DNA of 64,000 nt from Streptosporangiaceae bacterium (GCA_035631375.1 DASQIW010000148.1:10802-74801); one strand, 5' to 3'; shown: positions 28,260-37,535, counted from the stretch's first letter. The notes: generated from the letters alone by a model not told the origin. Made by a program: numbers and translations.

Positions 28260-29165
28260 GTGCGCGAAACTGAAAGCGTGACTGGCAGCACCCAGGCTGA
28301 CGGTGCGCGTGGCGTCAGCGACCACGCGGCGTGTGCCGCAGCCGCCCCGCTGGGTGAGCTGGTGGGTCCGTACGCCGGCTACCGGGATACCGGCGTGCCG
28401 CCGGCGAATCACCGCGGGTTGCCCTCGCCATGGCTGACCGTCATCTTCACGCTCGATGACATGCTGACGATCGCCGAGCATCCAGACCCGGCTCAGCCTG
28501 CGGGCAGTTTCGACACGCTGGTCGGCGGGCTGCATACCAGGCCCGCGCTGATCACGCATCAGGGCAGCCAGTCCGGAATACAGCTGGCTCTGAATCCGCT
28601 TGGCGCGCGGGCGGTCCTCGGCCTGCCAGCCGCCGAGCTGGCCAGCATCGACGTCCACGGCCACGAGGTGCTCGGCGGCTTCGCCGCGCTCGTCCAGGAG
28701 CAGCTGCGCGCCGCCGGGACGTGGGATGAGCGGTTCGCCATCCTGGATCGAGCACTTCTGTCCAGACTGCGGGCAGCTGGCGAGCGAACGGGAGTCAGCG
28801 CCGAGGTGAGCTTTGCCTGGCGTCGCCTGATGCAATCGCGTGGCACGGTGCCGGTGCGTGAGCTCGCCGCCGAGACCGGCTGGAGCGACCGGCACCTGCG
28901 CGCGAAGTTCCAGGCCGAGACAGGACTAGCGCCCAAGGCGGCAGCCCGCGTGATGAGGTTCGACCGGGCCAGGCGCATCCTGCAGCGGCGCGCGGTCGGA
29001 GGTGAGCCACTCCGGCTGGCTGAGCTGGCGGCCTCCTGCGGCTATTTCGACCAGGCGCACCTGGACCGGGAATTCGGACAGCTGGCCGGCTGCCCGCCGA
29101 CCACCTGGGTCGTGCAGGAGTTCCGAAACATCCAAGTCAGCGCTGGTCAGCCATTGCCAGCCTGA
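28260..29165 (+). CDS. AraC family transcriptional regulator
   Basis: C-terminal AraC HTH ...LAASCGYFDQAHLDREFGQLAGCPPTTW. GTG start behind GAGGGAG. Confidence 0.85.
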   Translation: MRETESVTGSTQADGARGVSDHAACAAAAPLGELVGPYAGYRDTGVPPANHRGLPSPWLTVIFTLDDMLTIAEHPDPAQPAGSFDTLVGGLHTRPALITHQGSQSGIQLALNPLGARAVLGLPAAELASIDVHGHEVLGGFAALVQEQLRAAGTWDERFAILDRALLSRLRAAGERTGVSAEVSFAWRRLMQSRGTVPVRELAAETGWSDRHLRAKFQAETGLAPKAAARVMRFDRARRILQRRAVGGEPLRLAELAASCGYFDQAHLDREFGQLAGCPPTTWVVQEFRNIQVSAGQPLPA

Positions 29166-29169
29166 GGGC

Positions 29170-29577
29170 ATGAGCGAGAAGACACCACCACCAGGGGTAT
29201 GGCCCGCGCTGCGCGCCCGCGATGCCCGCGCACTCATCAGCTTCCTCGTCGAGGCGTTCGGCTTCGAGGAAACCGTCGTCTACGGAGAGGGCGACACCAT
29301 CAGCCACGCCGAGCTGTCCTGGCCACCCGGCGGCGGCATCATGCTCGGCTCGGCACGTGACCCGGCCGATGACGAGTGGCCGTTGGCACCAGGCGGCTTC
29401 GGCGCCTATCTGGTGACCGACGAGCCGGACGCCATCTTCGACAGCGCCATCGCGCGGGGCGCCGTCTCGCTGACCAGGCCGCACGACACCGGCTATGGCT
29501 CGCGGGAGTTCTCAGTCCGCGATCCTGAGGGAAATCACTGGTCCTTTGGCAGCTACCGCGGTGCTCCCCGCAGCTAG
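29170..29577 (+). CDS. VOC/glyoxalase family protein
   Basis: Start set at ATG 29170 (MSEKTPPPGVWPAL...); ...YGSREFSVRDPEGNHWSFGSY C-terminus typical of the fold. Confidence 0.85.
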   Translation: MSEKTPPPGVWPALRARDARALISFLVEAFGFEETVVYGEGDTISHAELSWPPGGGIMLGSARDPADDEWPLAPGGFGAYLVTDEPDAIFDSAIARGAVSLTRPHDTGYGSREFSVRDPEGNHWSFGSYRGAPRS

Positions 29578-29606
29578 CGCCGGGGCGCGTCCGGCAGACT
29601 GGGCGC

Positions 29607-31067
29607 GTGACCGATCTGCCCTCTGACGCCCGTGATCCGCGTGATCCGCGTGGTCTGCGTGCCTCTGCTCCGGCGCTGGCCGCCTGGCTGGATGTCACCG
29701 CGCGCGCCGGGCGTGGCGAGCTCGCGCCGATGTGCGTGCCCGGCCACAAGACTCGCGAGGACCTGGCGGGCGCGGTGATCGCGGGTGACGCACCGTTTTA
29801 CGGTGGCCTGGACACGATCAAGAACGCGGATGGCCTGCGGCTTGACGCCGAGCGGCGGGCCGCAGCGCTGTGGGGTGCTGACTGGTGCCGGTTCTCCGTG
29901 GCGGGCTCGACGCACGGCAACCAGGCGCTCGCGCTCGCCGTTGGCCAGCCTGGTCAGGAAGTGATCATCAACCGGACCCTGCACCGGTCGCTGCTGCTCG
30001 GCCTGGTGCTCGCAGGCCTGCGGCCGGTGTGGGTCAGGCCCGAGCTGGATCCCGCCTCCGGGCTCCCGGCTGGGGTGGCGGTGCAGGCGGTGCGGGACGC
30101 TCTGACCGAGCACCCAGACGCGTGCGCGGTCTTCCTTGGCGACCCGAGCTATGTCGGCACGATCAGCGACCTCGCGGGGCACGCTGAGGTCGCCCATGAG
30201 GCGGGCGTCCCGCTCCTCGTCGACGCCGCGTGGGCCGCGCATCTCGGCTTTCACCCCGAGCTGCCGCCGCACGCCATCGCGGCCGGAGCCGACGCGATGG
30301 TGACCAGCGCCCACAAGGCGCTGCCCGCCTATACCCAGGGCGCGCTCGTGCTGGCCAGGACAGAGCGACTGGATTCAGCGCGGCTTGACCGTGCGTTCGA
30401 CGCCACGCACACCACCAGCCCGGCCGGCTCCATCATGGCGAGTATCGACGCGGCTCGGGCGCTTCTCGCCGCCGACGGCGAGTGGCTGTGCGGCCGGCTG
30501 ATCCGGGGCGTCGCCGCCGCGCGCAAGCGGCTCCGCGAGGTGCCGGGTGTCGATGTCCTGGACGGCCCCGGTGTAGAGCCGACGAAGCTCGTGGTGCTGA
30601 TCGCGGGCACGGGAGCGCACGGGATCCGGGTGGAGGCCGACCTGATCGCGGCTGGCCTGCCGGTGGAGATGGCCGACCGCGACACGATCGTGCCGATCCC
30701 GACCATCGCCGACGACGAGGACCGCATCACCGCGTTTACCGACGCGCTCATCGCCGCGATCGAGCGGCACCGTGGCACGCCGCGACTGCCGGCGGCGGCC
30801 GCGTCGTGGACCGTCGAGCCCGAGACCGTGCTGGCGCCGCGTGAGGCGTTCTTCGCGGCGCACCAGACGGTGCCGGCCGCCGCGGCGATCGGGCGCGTCA
30901 GCGCGGAGCTGATCGCGCCCTACCCGCCCGGCGTGCCGGTGCTCGCGCCCGGCGAGCTGATCACTGCGGCCGCCGTCGACGCGCTGCGGGAGATCGCGGC
31001 CGACGGCGGCCGGATCGCTTACGCTGCCGATCCCAGCCTGGCGACCTTCCAGGTGATTGCCGGCTAG
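29607..31067 (+). CDS. Orn/Lys/Arg decarboxylase family PLP enzyme
   Basis: ...VPGHK....LDT...GSTHGNQA... and PLP-lysine context VTSAHKALPAYTQGA. Confidence 0.85.
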   Translation: MTDLPSDARDPRDPRGLRASAPALAAWLDVTARAGRGELAPMCVPGHKTREDLAGAVIAGDAPFYGGLDTIKNADGLRLDAERRAAALWGADWCRFSVAGSTHGNQALALAVGQPGQEVIINRTLHRSLLLGLVLAGLRPVWVRPELDPASGLPAGVAVQAVRDALTEHPDACAVFLGDPSYVGTISDLAGHAEVAHEAGVPLLVDAAWAAHLGFHPELPPHAIAAGADAMVTSAHKALPAYTQGALVLARTERLDSARLDRAFDATHTTSPAGSIMASIDAARALLAADGEWLCGRLIRGVAAARKRLREVPGVDVLDGPGVEPTKLVVLIAGTGAHGIRVEADLIAAGLPVEMADRDTIVPIPTIADDEDRITAFTDALIAAIERHRGTPRLPAAAASWTVEPETVLAPREAFFAAHQTVPAAAAIGRVSAELIAPYPPGVPVLAPGELITAAAVDALREIAADGGRIAYAADPSLATFQVIAG

Positions 31068-31853
31068 TCAGCTGATATCGCGGCGAACGGTGGTCCTCGC
31101 CGCGATCACGCTGACGGCGAGGGCGATCGCCGCGAGCAGCGCGGCCGCCGCTGCGAAGGGCAGCGGCGAGGCAGTGGTCCCGGCGCTGTGCGCGGGTCCG
31201 AACGCCGCGCTGCCCAGCGCCGTTCCGGCCAGGGTCGATGCGGCTGTGTATGGCAGGTACGGCTGTAGGCCGTTGAACAGGTCGCCGAGGATCGACTCGA
31301 TCACGATGGACCACACAAAGATGCCGATCACGACCGGGAGCTGGGCCCTGATCAGCGAGCCGAGCGCGGCGCCGATGGCCGAGAGCAACGCGGCCGCGAC
31401 CACATGGCCTGCTGCGTAGCGAGCGAGGGTGCCGGCGCCGATCGGGTTGGCGTAGCCGTCCGCGGCGACGAAGCCGAGGCCGATGGCGGTGGACGTCGCC
31501 CAGCCGAACAGGCCGAACACCGAGCCGGCGATGACCGCGGCGATCGCCTTGGCCGCCAGCACGCGGCTGCGGTTGGGCGTCACGAGATAGGTGCCGGTGG
31601 CCGTCGCATGCCGGAACTCGCCGCTGGCGAGAGTCGCGCCGAGAGCCGCCGCGAACATCAGCGACCAGACGCCGCCCGTGATGATGTTGTTCACCCCGGC
31701 GGCGGTCGAGAGCGGCGGCATGTTGTTCGTGCCGGCCCGCTCCGATTCGATGATGCTGAACACCGCCGTGAGCCCGACTGCCGCGGCTAGCAGCCCGTAG
31801 CTGGCCCGGACAGTGCGCAGCTTGAGCAACTCGACTCGGATTCCCCTGATCAC
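31068..31853 (-). CDS. ABC-2 type transporter permease
   Basis: 261 aa, 6 hydrophobic spans; overlaps the upstream ATPase gene by 4 nt. Confidence 0.8.
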   Translation of the reverse strand: MIRGIRVELLKLRTVRASYGLLAAAVGLTAVFSIIESERAGTNNMPPLSTAAGVNNIITGGVWSLMFAAALGATLASGEFRHATATGTYLVTPNRSRVLAAKAIAAVIAGSVFGLFGWATSTAIGLGFVAADGYANPIGAGTLARYAAGHVVAAALLSAIGAALGSLIRAQLPVVIGIFVWSIVIESILGDLFNGLQPYLPYTAASTLAGTALGSAAFGPAHSAGTTASPLPFAAAAALLAAIALAVSVIAARTTVRRDIS

Positions 31854-32572
31854 GACGGGACCTCCCGGGGGGCGTCGCGACCGGTCAGGCCGAGGAACAC
31901 GTCCTCGAGCGCGGCACCTGCCGTGAGCTCGTTGATCGGCGAGTGCGCCACCAGGCGGCCGGAGTTGATGATGATGACGTCGTCCACGGTCTGCGCGACC
32001 TCGGCGAGCAGGTGGCTGGACACCAGGACCGCAGCCCCGTCCGCGGCGAGGCCGCGGATCAGGTCGCGGAGCCAGCGGACGCCTTCTGGATCGAGGCCGT
32101 TGGCGGGCTCGTCGAGGATCAGCACGTCCGGGTCGGCAAGTAGCGCACTGGCCAGGCCCAGCCGCTGCCGCATGCCCAGTGAGAACGTGCCGGCCCGCTG
32201 ATCGGCGGCGCTGGCGAGGCCCACGAGGCCGAGCACGTCCTCGACCCTGGTCGGATCGAGGCCCGCCGCGAGGGCATGCACGCGCAGGTGGTTGCGTGCG
32301 GTGCGGCCCGGATGGCAGCTGGAGGCCTCAAGGACCGCGCCGACGTGGCAGGCGGGCGAGGGCAGGGCGACATAGGGCCGGCCGTCGACGCTGGCGCTGC
32401 CCTGGTCGGGCAGGACCAGACCGAGCAGCATGCGCAGGGTCGTTGTCTTGCCCGCGCCGTTGGGGCCCAGGAAGCCGACAACCTGGCCCGCCTCGACGGC
32501 GAAGCTGAGATGATCGACGGCCACGGTGTGGCCGTAGCGCTTGGTGAGGCCGGTGGCCTCGATGATCGCCAT
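31850..32572 (-). CDS. ABC transporter ATP-binding protein
   Basis: Start set at ATG 32572 (MAIIEATGLTKRYG...). Walker [11 protein letters not shown], signature FSLGMRQRL, Walker B VLILDEPANGLD. Confidence 0.9.
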   Translation of the reverse strand: MAIIEATGLTKRYGHTVAVDHLSFAVEAGQVVGFLGPNGAGKTTTLRMLLGLVLPDQGSASVDGRPYVALPSPACHVGAVLEASSCHPGRTARNHLRVHALAAGLDPTRVEDVLGLVGLASAADQRAGTFSLGMRQRLGLASALLADPDVLILDEPANGLDPEGVRWLRDLIRGLAADGAAVLVSSHLLAEVAQTVDDVIIINSGRLVAHSPINELTAGAALEDVFLGLTGRDAPREVPS

Positions 32573-32796
32573 AGCGGCGTCCTTTCGAGTGTGACGCGCA
32601 ACGCGGTGCGCCGGAACGTGCCCATGCTCGTCGCGCGGCTGCCCGCCCGTCGTCAGCCTGGAGGTCCGTCTGTGGTGGCCCCTGGGCACGCCGGCCGGGC
32701 CTGCGGAGGTCGACTCCGGGTGCAGGTCAGTGGGTCGCTTCGTCGACCTGAGGCCGATGCCGCTAGTGCGCGGCTGACGTAGCGTCGTAGCTAGCC

Positions 32797-33990
32797 ATGA
32801 CTGGACTCACGCTGCCCGCGCTCCGCCGAATGCCCGTGCCGCGCGGCTATGCGGCGGACATTGCCGTGGCGGTGGCGGTCACTGCGTTTCAGCTCGCGTT
32901 CATCCGGGCGACCTTGGCCTGGCATCAGCACCAGCAGCCGAGCGCGGGCGTGCCGGGCGTGACTGGCTACCTGCTGCTCGCGGCTAGCGGGCTGGCACTG
33001 ATCGGGCGCCGCCGGTTTCCGGTGGCCGTACTGGGAGTTGCTCTCGCGACGACGCTGGCCGCGGACGCCCTCGGTGCCGGTGCCTGGTTCGCTGTGATCG
33101 TCGCTTTCGTCAGCGCCGACGTCGCGCGCAGGCGCGCCGCAGCGATCGCGTCGCTGGTCATCGGCTATGTGGTGACGTTCTGGCCGCCGTGGCGCATCGG
33201 GCAGGCAGGTCATGGCTCGGTCGAGGTCGCCGTCGGCGTTGCCGGCTGGCTGGTCGTCCTGCTCGCGGTCGCCGAGCTGATCCGGATGCGGGGCCAGCGG
33301 GTCGCGGCTGCCGAGCGCAGCCGGGCTGATCAGTTGCGCCGCCGGGCTAGCGAGGAGCGCGTACTGATCGCGAGGGATCTGCACGACGTCCTCGCGCATA
33401 ACATCTCGGTGATCAACGTGCAGGCCAACACGGCTCTCCACCTGATGGACCGGCAGCCGGAGCGGGCCAGGGAGGCGCTGACGTCGATCCACGAGGTCAG
33501 CAAGCAGGCGCTGGCCGAGCTGCGGACCGTCCTGGGAGTGCTCAGGGCGGACGGGGATACGGCCCCGCGGGCGCCGAGTCCCGGCCTGGCGCAGCTAGCC
33601 GAGCTGGTGTCGGCCGTCGGCGCGGCGGGGCTGCGAGCACGGGTTGCCGTGCAGGGGGAGCCCAGGGAGCTGCCGGGCGACGTCGACCTCGCGGGTTACC
33701 GCATCGTGCAGGAGGCGCTTACCAATTGTGCCCGGCACAGCGCCAGCCGGTCGGCCGACGTGGTAGTCCGGTATCAGCCGGACGGCGTGCTGGTCCAGGT
33801 AGACGACGCCGGCCCGGCTCAGCAGCGGCTGCCAGGGAGCGACCGGGGACCGACGGGCACGGGGAATGGGATCACGGGCATGGCCGAGCGCGCGGAAGCC
33901 ATCGGCGGGACCCTGTCGGCAGGAGTCCGCCCGGACGGCGGCTTCCGCGTCGTAGCGTGGCTGCCATTCGCCGGGGAGAGCGCCCGGTGA
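32797..33990 (+). CDS. Sensor histidine kinase (HisKA_3/NarL-partner class)
   Basis: N-terminal TM bundle, H-box IARDLHDVLAHNISVINVQA, C-terminal HATPase (...GNGITGMAERAEAIGG...). Confidence 0.9.
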   Translation: MTGLTLPALRRMPVPRGYAADIAVAVAVTAFQLAFIRATLAWHQHQQPSAGVPGVTGYLLLAASGLALIGRRRFPVAVLGVALATTLAADALGAGAWFAVIVAFVSADVARRRAAAIASLVIGYVVTFWPPWRIGQAGHGSVEVAVGVAGWLVVLLAVAELIRMRGQRVAAAERSRADQLRRRASEERVLIARDLHDVLAHNISVINVQANTALHLMDRQPERAREALTSIHEVSKQALAELRTVLGVLRADGDTAPRAPSPGLAQLAELVSAVGAAGLRARVAVQGEPRELPGDVDLAGYRIVQEALTNCARHSASRSADVVVRYQPDGVLVQVDDAGPAQQRLPGSDRGPTGTGNGITGMAERAEAIGGTLSAGVRPDGGFRVVAWLPFAGESAR

Positions 33991-34646
33991 TCCGGGTCGG
34001 GCTGGCTGATGATCAGGAACTGGTACGGAGCGGGTTCGCCGCGCTGCTGGACGCCGAGGATGACATGAGCGTGGCCGGTGTGGCGGCCGACGGGGCAGCC
34101 GCAGTGCGGCTCGCCGAGCGCGAACGGCCCGACGTGCTGCTCATGGACATCCGGATGCCGGTCCTCGACGGCATCGAGGCGACCAGGCAGATAGCCAGCC
34201 GGCCGGAGCTCGCTGGCGTGCACGTCGTGATCCTCACGACATTCGAGATCGATGAGTACATCTTCGACGGACTGCGAGCAGGAGCGGCCGGGTTCCTGGT
34301 CAAGGACACCGACGCGGCCGAGCTGATCCGCGCGGTGCGGGTCGTGGCCGGTGGCGACGCCCTGCTGTCGCCGGCGGTTACCCGCCGGCTGATCGCCGAG
34401 TACACCGCCAACGCGCGCCGGCCACGCGAGATACCAGGCATCGCGGATCTGACCCCGCGGGAACGCGAGGTGGTGCGGCTCATCGCCACCGGGCTGTCGA
34501 ACGAGGAGATCGCGAACGAGCTCTACGTCAGCCAGTCGACGGTGAAGACCCACACCAGCCGTGCGATGACCAAGCTGTCGGCGAGGGACCGTGCCCAGCT
34601 GGTCGTCGCCGCCTACGAGGCCGGGATCGTGCAGCCTGGCTCCTAG
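33987..34646 (+). CDS. Response regulator, LuxR/NarL family
   Basis: GTG start overlapping the kinase stop (GTGA). Receiver ...VGLADDQELVR...VLLMDIRMPVLDG...; HTH ...LTPREREVVRLIATGLSNEEIANELYVSQSTVKTH. Confidence 0.9.
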   Translation: MIRVGLADDQELVRSGFAALLDAEDDMSVAGVAADGAAAVRLAERERPDVLLMDIRMPVLDGIEATRQIASRPELAGVHVVILTTFEIDEYIFDGLRAGAAGFLVKDTDAAELIRAVRVVAGGDALLSPAVTRRLIAEYTANARRPREIPGIADLTPREREVVRLIATGLSNEEIANELYVSQSTVKTHTSRAMTKLSARDRAQLVVAAYEAGIVQPGS

Positions 34647-34783
34647 GCGGTGCGCACAAGCCGGATAGATCTGGCATCTCATGCCATCTGTGGCGGGTGC
34701 CAGCCCGCGCCAGGGACAGCTGCCCCGAGACCGTGATCCGGCGTGCTCTGCGGGTATGCCGGAGACGTGGGGGGAGGTCTGCC

Positions 34784-35128
34784 ATGACCGGAGGGGTTAC
34801 TGCTGACATCGTGCTGCCGATCGTCATCGCGGTGGCGCTGACAACCTGGCTGTCCTTGCTCTTCTACGCCAACGCGCATCCCAGCCGCGGCCAGCACAGC
34901 GTCCAACTGCCCACAGAGGTCCGCGGCGGCGAATTCCAGGCGGTCGAGGGCGGCCGGCAGCTCATGCCGATTCCTGAGCACAGACCGGCGGTGCCTGGGC
35001 AGCGGGCGGCTGCCGCGGGGGAGAACTATCAGGTGCCCGAGCGTACGGCGGCCGCCGGTGCTGAGCACGAAGCGGCGTCGGAGGACGAGGTGGAGACGCG
35101 CCCCATGGCAGGCCACCCGCCCGTCTGA
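34784..35128 (+). CDS. Hypothetical small membrane protein
   Basis: ATG 34784 behind SD GGGGAGG. One N-terminal TM (IVLPIVIAVALTTWLSLLFYA), then a charged tail. No family recognised. Confidence 0.5.
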   Translation: MTGGVTADIVLPIVIAVALTTWLSLLFYANAHPSRGQHSVQLPTEVRGGEFQAVEGGRQLMPIPEHRPAVPGQRAAAAGENYQVPERTAAAGAEHEAASEDEVETRPMAGHPPV

Positions 35129-35143
35129 CGGGTCGCGCCGTGA

Positions 35144-35884
35144 TCAGGGTCCGTCCCTCAGCCGGTCAAGGCCATCCAGGATGAGGTCCAGCCCGAACTC
35201 GAACTCGGTCTGGTCGTCGCACCAGCCGAGGGTCGAGTCGGGGTCGTCATGGGCGACCTCCTCGAGCATTCCGGCTAGATGCGGGAACTGGCTGGCCAGG
35301 TCCTGAGGGCCGGTACCCGGGTCGGCACCGGCGCTGTCGCCCGGATCGAAGAGCTCTTGCGAGAATCCCAGCGCCCGGCTGCCGAGCGCGTGCAGGGCAT
35401 GGTGGGCTACGTCATTGGAGAAGCCGCCTTGTCGCATGAGCCGCACCAGCTCATCGTGATAGCGCAGGACCGCCATGCTCATGGTGGTGCGCGTCTCAAG
35501 GACGCGAGGTGCCCAGGGGTGGCGAAGGAGTACCTGCCGGGCGGCCAGGATGCGTTGCCGGACGGCGCTCTTCCAGCTCCCTTCCCTGGCAGGCACGTCG
35601 ATCTGGCCGACGACGTTGTTGATCTCGGTCACGATCACGTCAATGACCCCGTCGAGGACGTCTTCCTTCTTCGCCACGTGGTAGTACAGCGACATCGCCT
35701 CGGCGCCGAGTTCGTCGGCGAGGCGGCGCATCGTGAGGGCCTCGAGCCCGCCCTCGTCGGCGACCTTGATCGCAGCCGCCAGCACGCGTTCCCTGCTCAG
35801 CGGGAGCCGCGGCTGAGTCTCCGTCCCGCTGCCGGCCACCTGCATCAGTCCTTTCCGCGTACCTGATCGTAAAAGGTCGGCCAC
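35144..35884 (-). CDS. TetR family transcriptional regulator
   Basis: ...LSRERVLAAAIKVADEGGLEALTMRRLADELGAEAMSLYYHVAKKEDVL.... GTG 35884 or ATG 35845 as start. Confidence 0.85.
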   Translation of the reverse strand: MADLLRSGTRKGLMQVAGSGTETQPRLPLSRERVLAAAIKVADEGGLEALTMRRLADELGAEAMSLYYHVAKKEDVLDGVIDVIVTEINNVVGQIDVPAREGSWKSAVRQRILAARQVLLRHPWAPRVLETRTTMSMAVLRYHDELVRLMRQGGFSNDVAHHALHALGSRALGFSQELFDPGDSAGADPGTGPQDLASQFPHLAGMLEEVAHDDPDSTLGWCDDQTEFEFGLDLILDGLDRLRDGP

Positions 35885-35977
35885 CTGCCCGGCGCCACCG
35901 GCGCGCCGCGGCGGTCGCGCCGCACCCGGCGATGACCTTGACAGCCTTACACCGTACGAATTAGCCTTACCTCGTGA

Positions 35978-35994
35978 TTCTTACAGTGTAAGAA
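35978..35994. promoter_or_regulatory. Operator-like 8-1-8 palindrome TTCTTACAGTGTAAGAA in the TetR/dehydrogenase divergent region
   Basis: Perfect inverted repeat read directly. Preceded by two AGCCTTAC direct repeats (35943, 35963). Confidence 0.6.
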
Positions 35995-36029
35995 GTCGTC
36001 CCGATACCAGCCGATGGCGAGGAAGGGCA

Positions 36030-37016
36030 ATGAAGGCGTTCGTCCTGCGCTCCTATGGATCAGCCGACCAGCTTGAGCTCACCGATGTCGACACACCGGT
36101 GCCGGCCGACGACGAGGTCCTCGTGCGGGTGCGGGCCTCCTCGGTCAATCCTTATGACTGGCATCTCATGAGAGGCGAGCCCCTAGTCGCCCGCCTGCTG
36201 CCCGGGGGCATGGGCCTGCTCGGCCCGAAGCTGCGCATCCTGGGCTGCGACATAGCGGGCCAGGTCGAGGCTGCCGGACCAGCCGTCACTGCGTTCCGTC
36301 CTGGCGACGATGTGTTCGGCCTGCTCGAGCATGGCGGCTTCGCGCAGATGGTCAGCGTGCGCGACGAGCTGCTGGCCCCGATGCCGCGGGGCCTGTCGTA
36401 TGAGCAGGCGGCGGCGATGCCGATGGCGGCTGTCACGGCGCTGCTGGCGGTCAGGGACGCTGGCGCGGTTCAGGCCGGCCACGAGGTGCTGGTCACCGGG
36501 GCCTCCGGGGGCGTCGGAACGCATGCCGTTCAGATCGCGAGGGCTCTGGGCGCCTCGGTCACCGGTACCTGCAGCGCGCGCAACGCCGAGCTGGTCCGGT
36601 CCGTCGGCGCGGATCACGTCGTCGACTACGTCACCCAGGACGTTGCGCAGACCGGCTGCCGCTTCGACGTAGTCATCGACGTCGCGGGCAGCCGTCCGGT
36701 CACGGCGTACCGCCGGGTCGTTGCTCGCGACGGGAGGTTCGTTGTGGTCGGCGGTCCGGCTGGCCGCTGGCTGCAGCCCGCCGGTCACGTGATCGGCTCT
36801 TTCGCGCTGGCGCCCTTCGTGTCGCCGCGAATCGCGTCGCCTGATGTGGTGGGATGCCAGGCGAAAAAAGCGGCGCTGATGACGCTCACTGAGCTCGTCG
36901 AGGACGGCAGGCTGGCGCCCGTCATCGACCGGCGGTATCCATTCGACGACCTTCGCGCGGCGGTCAGCTACCAGGAGGCGGGCCATGCCGCGGGGAAGGT
37001 CGTCCTCGCGGTCTGA
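36030..37016 (+). CDS. NAD(P)-dependent oxidoreductase, medium-chain dehydrogenase/quinone reductase family
   Basis: ...VRVRASSVNPYDWHLMRG... and Rossmann VTGASGGVGTHAVQIA. Confidence 0.9.
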   Translation: MKAFVLRSYGSADQLELTDVDTPVPADDEVLVRVRASSVNPYDWHLMRGEPLVARLLPGGMGLLGPKLRILGCDIAGQVEAAGPAVTAFRPGDDVFGLLEHGGFAQMVSVRDELLAPMPRGLSYEQAAAMPMAAVTALLAVRDAGAVQAGHEVLVTGASGGVGTHAVQIARALGASVTGTCSARNAELVRSVGADHVVDYVTQDVAQTGCRFDVVIDVAGSRPVTAYRRVVARDGRFVVVGGPAGRWLQPAGHVIGSFALAPFVSPRIASPDVVGCQAKKAALMTLTELVEDGRLAPVIDRRYPFDDLRAAVSYQEAGHAAGKVVLAV

Positions 37017-37185
37017 AGCTCGCACCTTCGCATACGCCGCTAGGGCGGGCAGCTTCCGCAAAGAGCTACCCCCAGCCTGTGAACATCCTTGTGGATACCT
37101 TGGTGGATAAGCACCGACCTCGGGGGATAACAGATGGTTTCTTGTGGAGCCCAAAAAGAATCTTGAAATGCTTAGTAGAAAGCCC

Positions 37186-37216
37186 TTGCGCGCGGCGGGG
37201 CTGAGGCAGTAGAAAT
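37186..37216 (+). promoter_or_regulatory. Promoter-like element of copy 1: TTGCGC-N18-TAGAAAT
   Basis: -35-like TTGCGC (37186-37191) and -10-like TAGAAAT (37210-37216). The same architecture recurs in copy 2. Confidence 0.4.
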
Positions 37217-37222
37217 TCATTC

Positions 37223-37418
37223 ACCACCTGATGGGCGGGATCCCGGAGAGGCAACTCGAAGGGAAGCGTGAAGTCCGGGCAACCGACCTGATCGCAGCCC
37301 GCGTAAGTCAGGAGGCGGGTCCGGCCAAGAACTGACTCGGCTGAGCAATCGGCAGGTCAGCGGCATGGTTGGGTCCCCTGTGAGGCCCCTGCATCTCATA
37401 CATGGAGGGGCCTCACGG
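37223..37418 (+). ncRNA. Candidate structured sRNA, copy 1 (family not recognised)
   Basis: Inferred from the promoter-like element to the terminal hairpin 37380-37416. Helices shared with copy 2 include GNRA-capped hairpins. Ends are guesses. Confidence 0.35.
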
Positions 37419-37535
37419 CTGTCTGCGCCCACCTCCGTGTGGCGCTCAACAAGTGCAGCGTGCCATTCCGTCAAGGTCTCGGTGGAATTGTCGGTATGGG
37501 TTTGAACCCGGCACTTAGGAATCTTGCGAAACCGC

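Noticed and set aside
37061-37135. 23S rRNA-like strings (AGAGCTACCCC ... GGGGATAACAG)
   Set aside because: The two strings are separated by an unrelated ~50-nt insert, and nothing else of domain V follows. I judge this to be coincidence.
37231-37335. 34-codon ORF MGGIPERQLEGKREVRATDLIAARVSQEAGPAKN inside copy 1
   Set aside because: There is no Shine-Dalgarno sequence. The frame is not preserved in copy 2 (indels). It overlaps helices that covary between the copies.
37197-37420. Resemblance of copy 1 to tmRNA (GGGGCTGA..., AAGGGAAGCGTG), RNase P RNA (GAAGTCCGGGC), and TPP (ACCTGATC) or cobalamin (GGGAAGC.GTGAAGTCC, AGTCAGGAGG) riboswitches
   Set aside because: Each match is a short isolated motif. 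tmRNA would need the GGTTTCGAC arm, a tag ORF ending in ALAA and a 3' tRNA-like CCA-proximal end, and none is present. RNase P lacks GGTAACGCC and ACAGAAC. TPP lacks CTGAGA and the P5 hairpin. Cobalamin lacks the GCCACTG and ACTGT elements. A covariance-model scan is still the decisive test.
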